Origin: Vicugna vicugna
Lineage: Eukaryota
Length of the DNA: 64,000 nt
Assembly (NCBI GenBank): GCA_013265495.1
Contig: MU058844.1
Location: 186,001-250,000 of the forward strand
Direction of reading: 5' to 3'
Part shown: positions 63,560 to 64,000 of the stretch, piece by piece
How the letters are laid out: every line of letters begins with the position of its first letter
Position numbering within the stretch: the stretch's first letter is position 1
Position numbers and translations under genes: made by a program
Notes under the pieces: model-generated
Told to the model about the DNA's origin: nothing
Database searches by the model: none
The model's input: only the letters and a program-made list of their open reading frames with translations

Positions 63560-64000
63560 GTGCCAATTAGCAAAGTATTACTTCTTAGCTCTAAATTCAC
63601 CCTCTTTACCCTGCTTTGTGATACTAGGGCTGGACCCTGTAAACATTTCTCTGTTGTCACATGGTGCAGTGTTAGTTTTCATCAACAGAGAGCCCTGGAG
63701 GAATGCTGCAAGACCACTGCACAGGAAGGGTCTTATCATTCTGGTCTGGGATGCTTTATCCCCTCTAAAGTATATTGCCAGTGGCATCTGGGAAACACAA
63801 CAGTGCTCACTCTCCAGGGAATTTCTCTATCACTCAGCAGTCTGCTTTCTGAGGATCAACTCTGATCCACCGACATTCTTTACCAAGTTTCTCAACCTGG
63901 TGGGCTTCCCTTACTGACCAGCTCCAGCCTGTAACCTCTGGCAAGTTCACTGGCCACCGGCAGGCTGCATACTCACTTGGCTGCCACTTTATCTCCAATG
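63560..64000 (-). mobile_element. Old ERVL-type LTR (LTR40/LTR41-like), truncated by the window edge
   Basis: ccctgctttgtgatactagggctggaccctgtaaacatttctc...agagagccctggagg; the subfamily is uncertain. Confidence 0.55.

Noticed and set aside
1..64000. Naming the host gene or claiming a novel multi-gene system
   Set aside because: No coding exon of a recognisable protein was found, so any gene name would be a guess without an alignment.

Overview
This is non-coding mammalian genomic DNA, very probably from a camelid (camel, llama or alpaca). The inference rests on three tRNA-Ala-like SINEs of the vic-1 type and on the L1 3' tails. No CpG island and no intact protein-coding gene were seen. The ORF track is explained by transposon remnants (L1 ORF2 C-terminus, a Tigger/CENP-B-type HTH fragment), microsatellites and chance. 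A large part of the window is a layered fossil record of MIR, L2, L3, L1, MaLR/ERV LTRs, Tigger and hAT elements, several nested with readable target-site duplications (TSDs). Most L1s and MaLR LTRs lie on the + strand and a few small exon-like segments lie on the - strand, suggesting large introns of an unidentified - strand gene, possibly with an internal alternative promoter in a repeat-poor island at about 29-35 kb. The best oddities are a SINE joined through a T-run to an L1 3' end inside one TSD (a U6/L1-like chimera) and a tailless 5'-half tRNA-Glu retrocopy with a 15-bp TSD. I see no convincing evidence of a wholly new biological system. Repeat subfamily names are from recalled consensus sequences, not from an alignment, and boundaries of old repeats are approximate.
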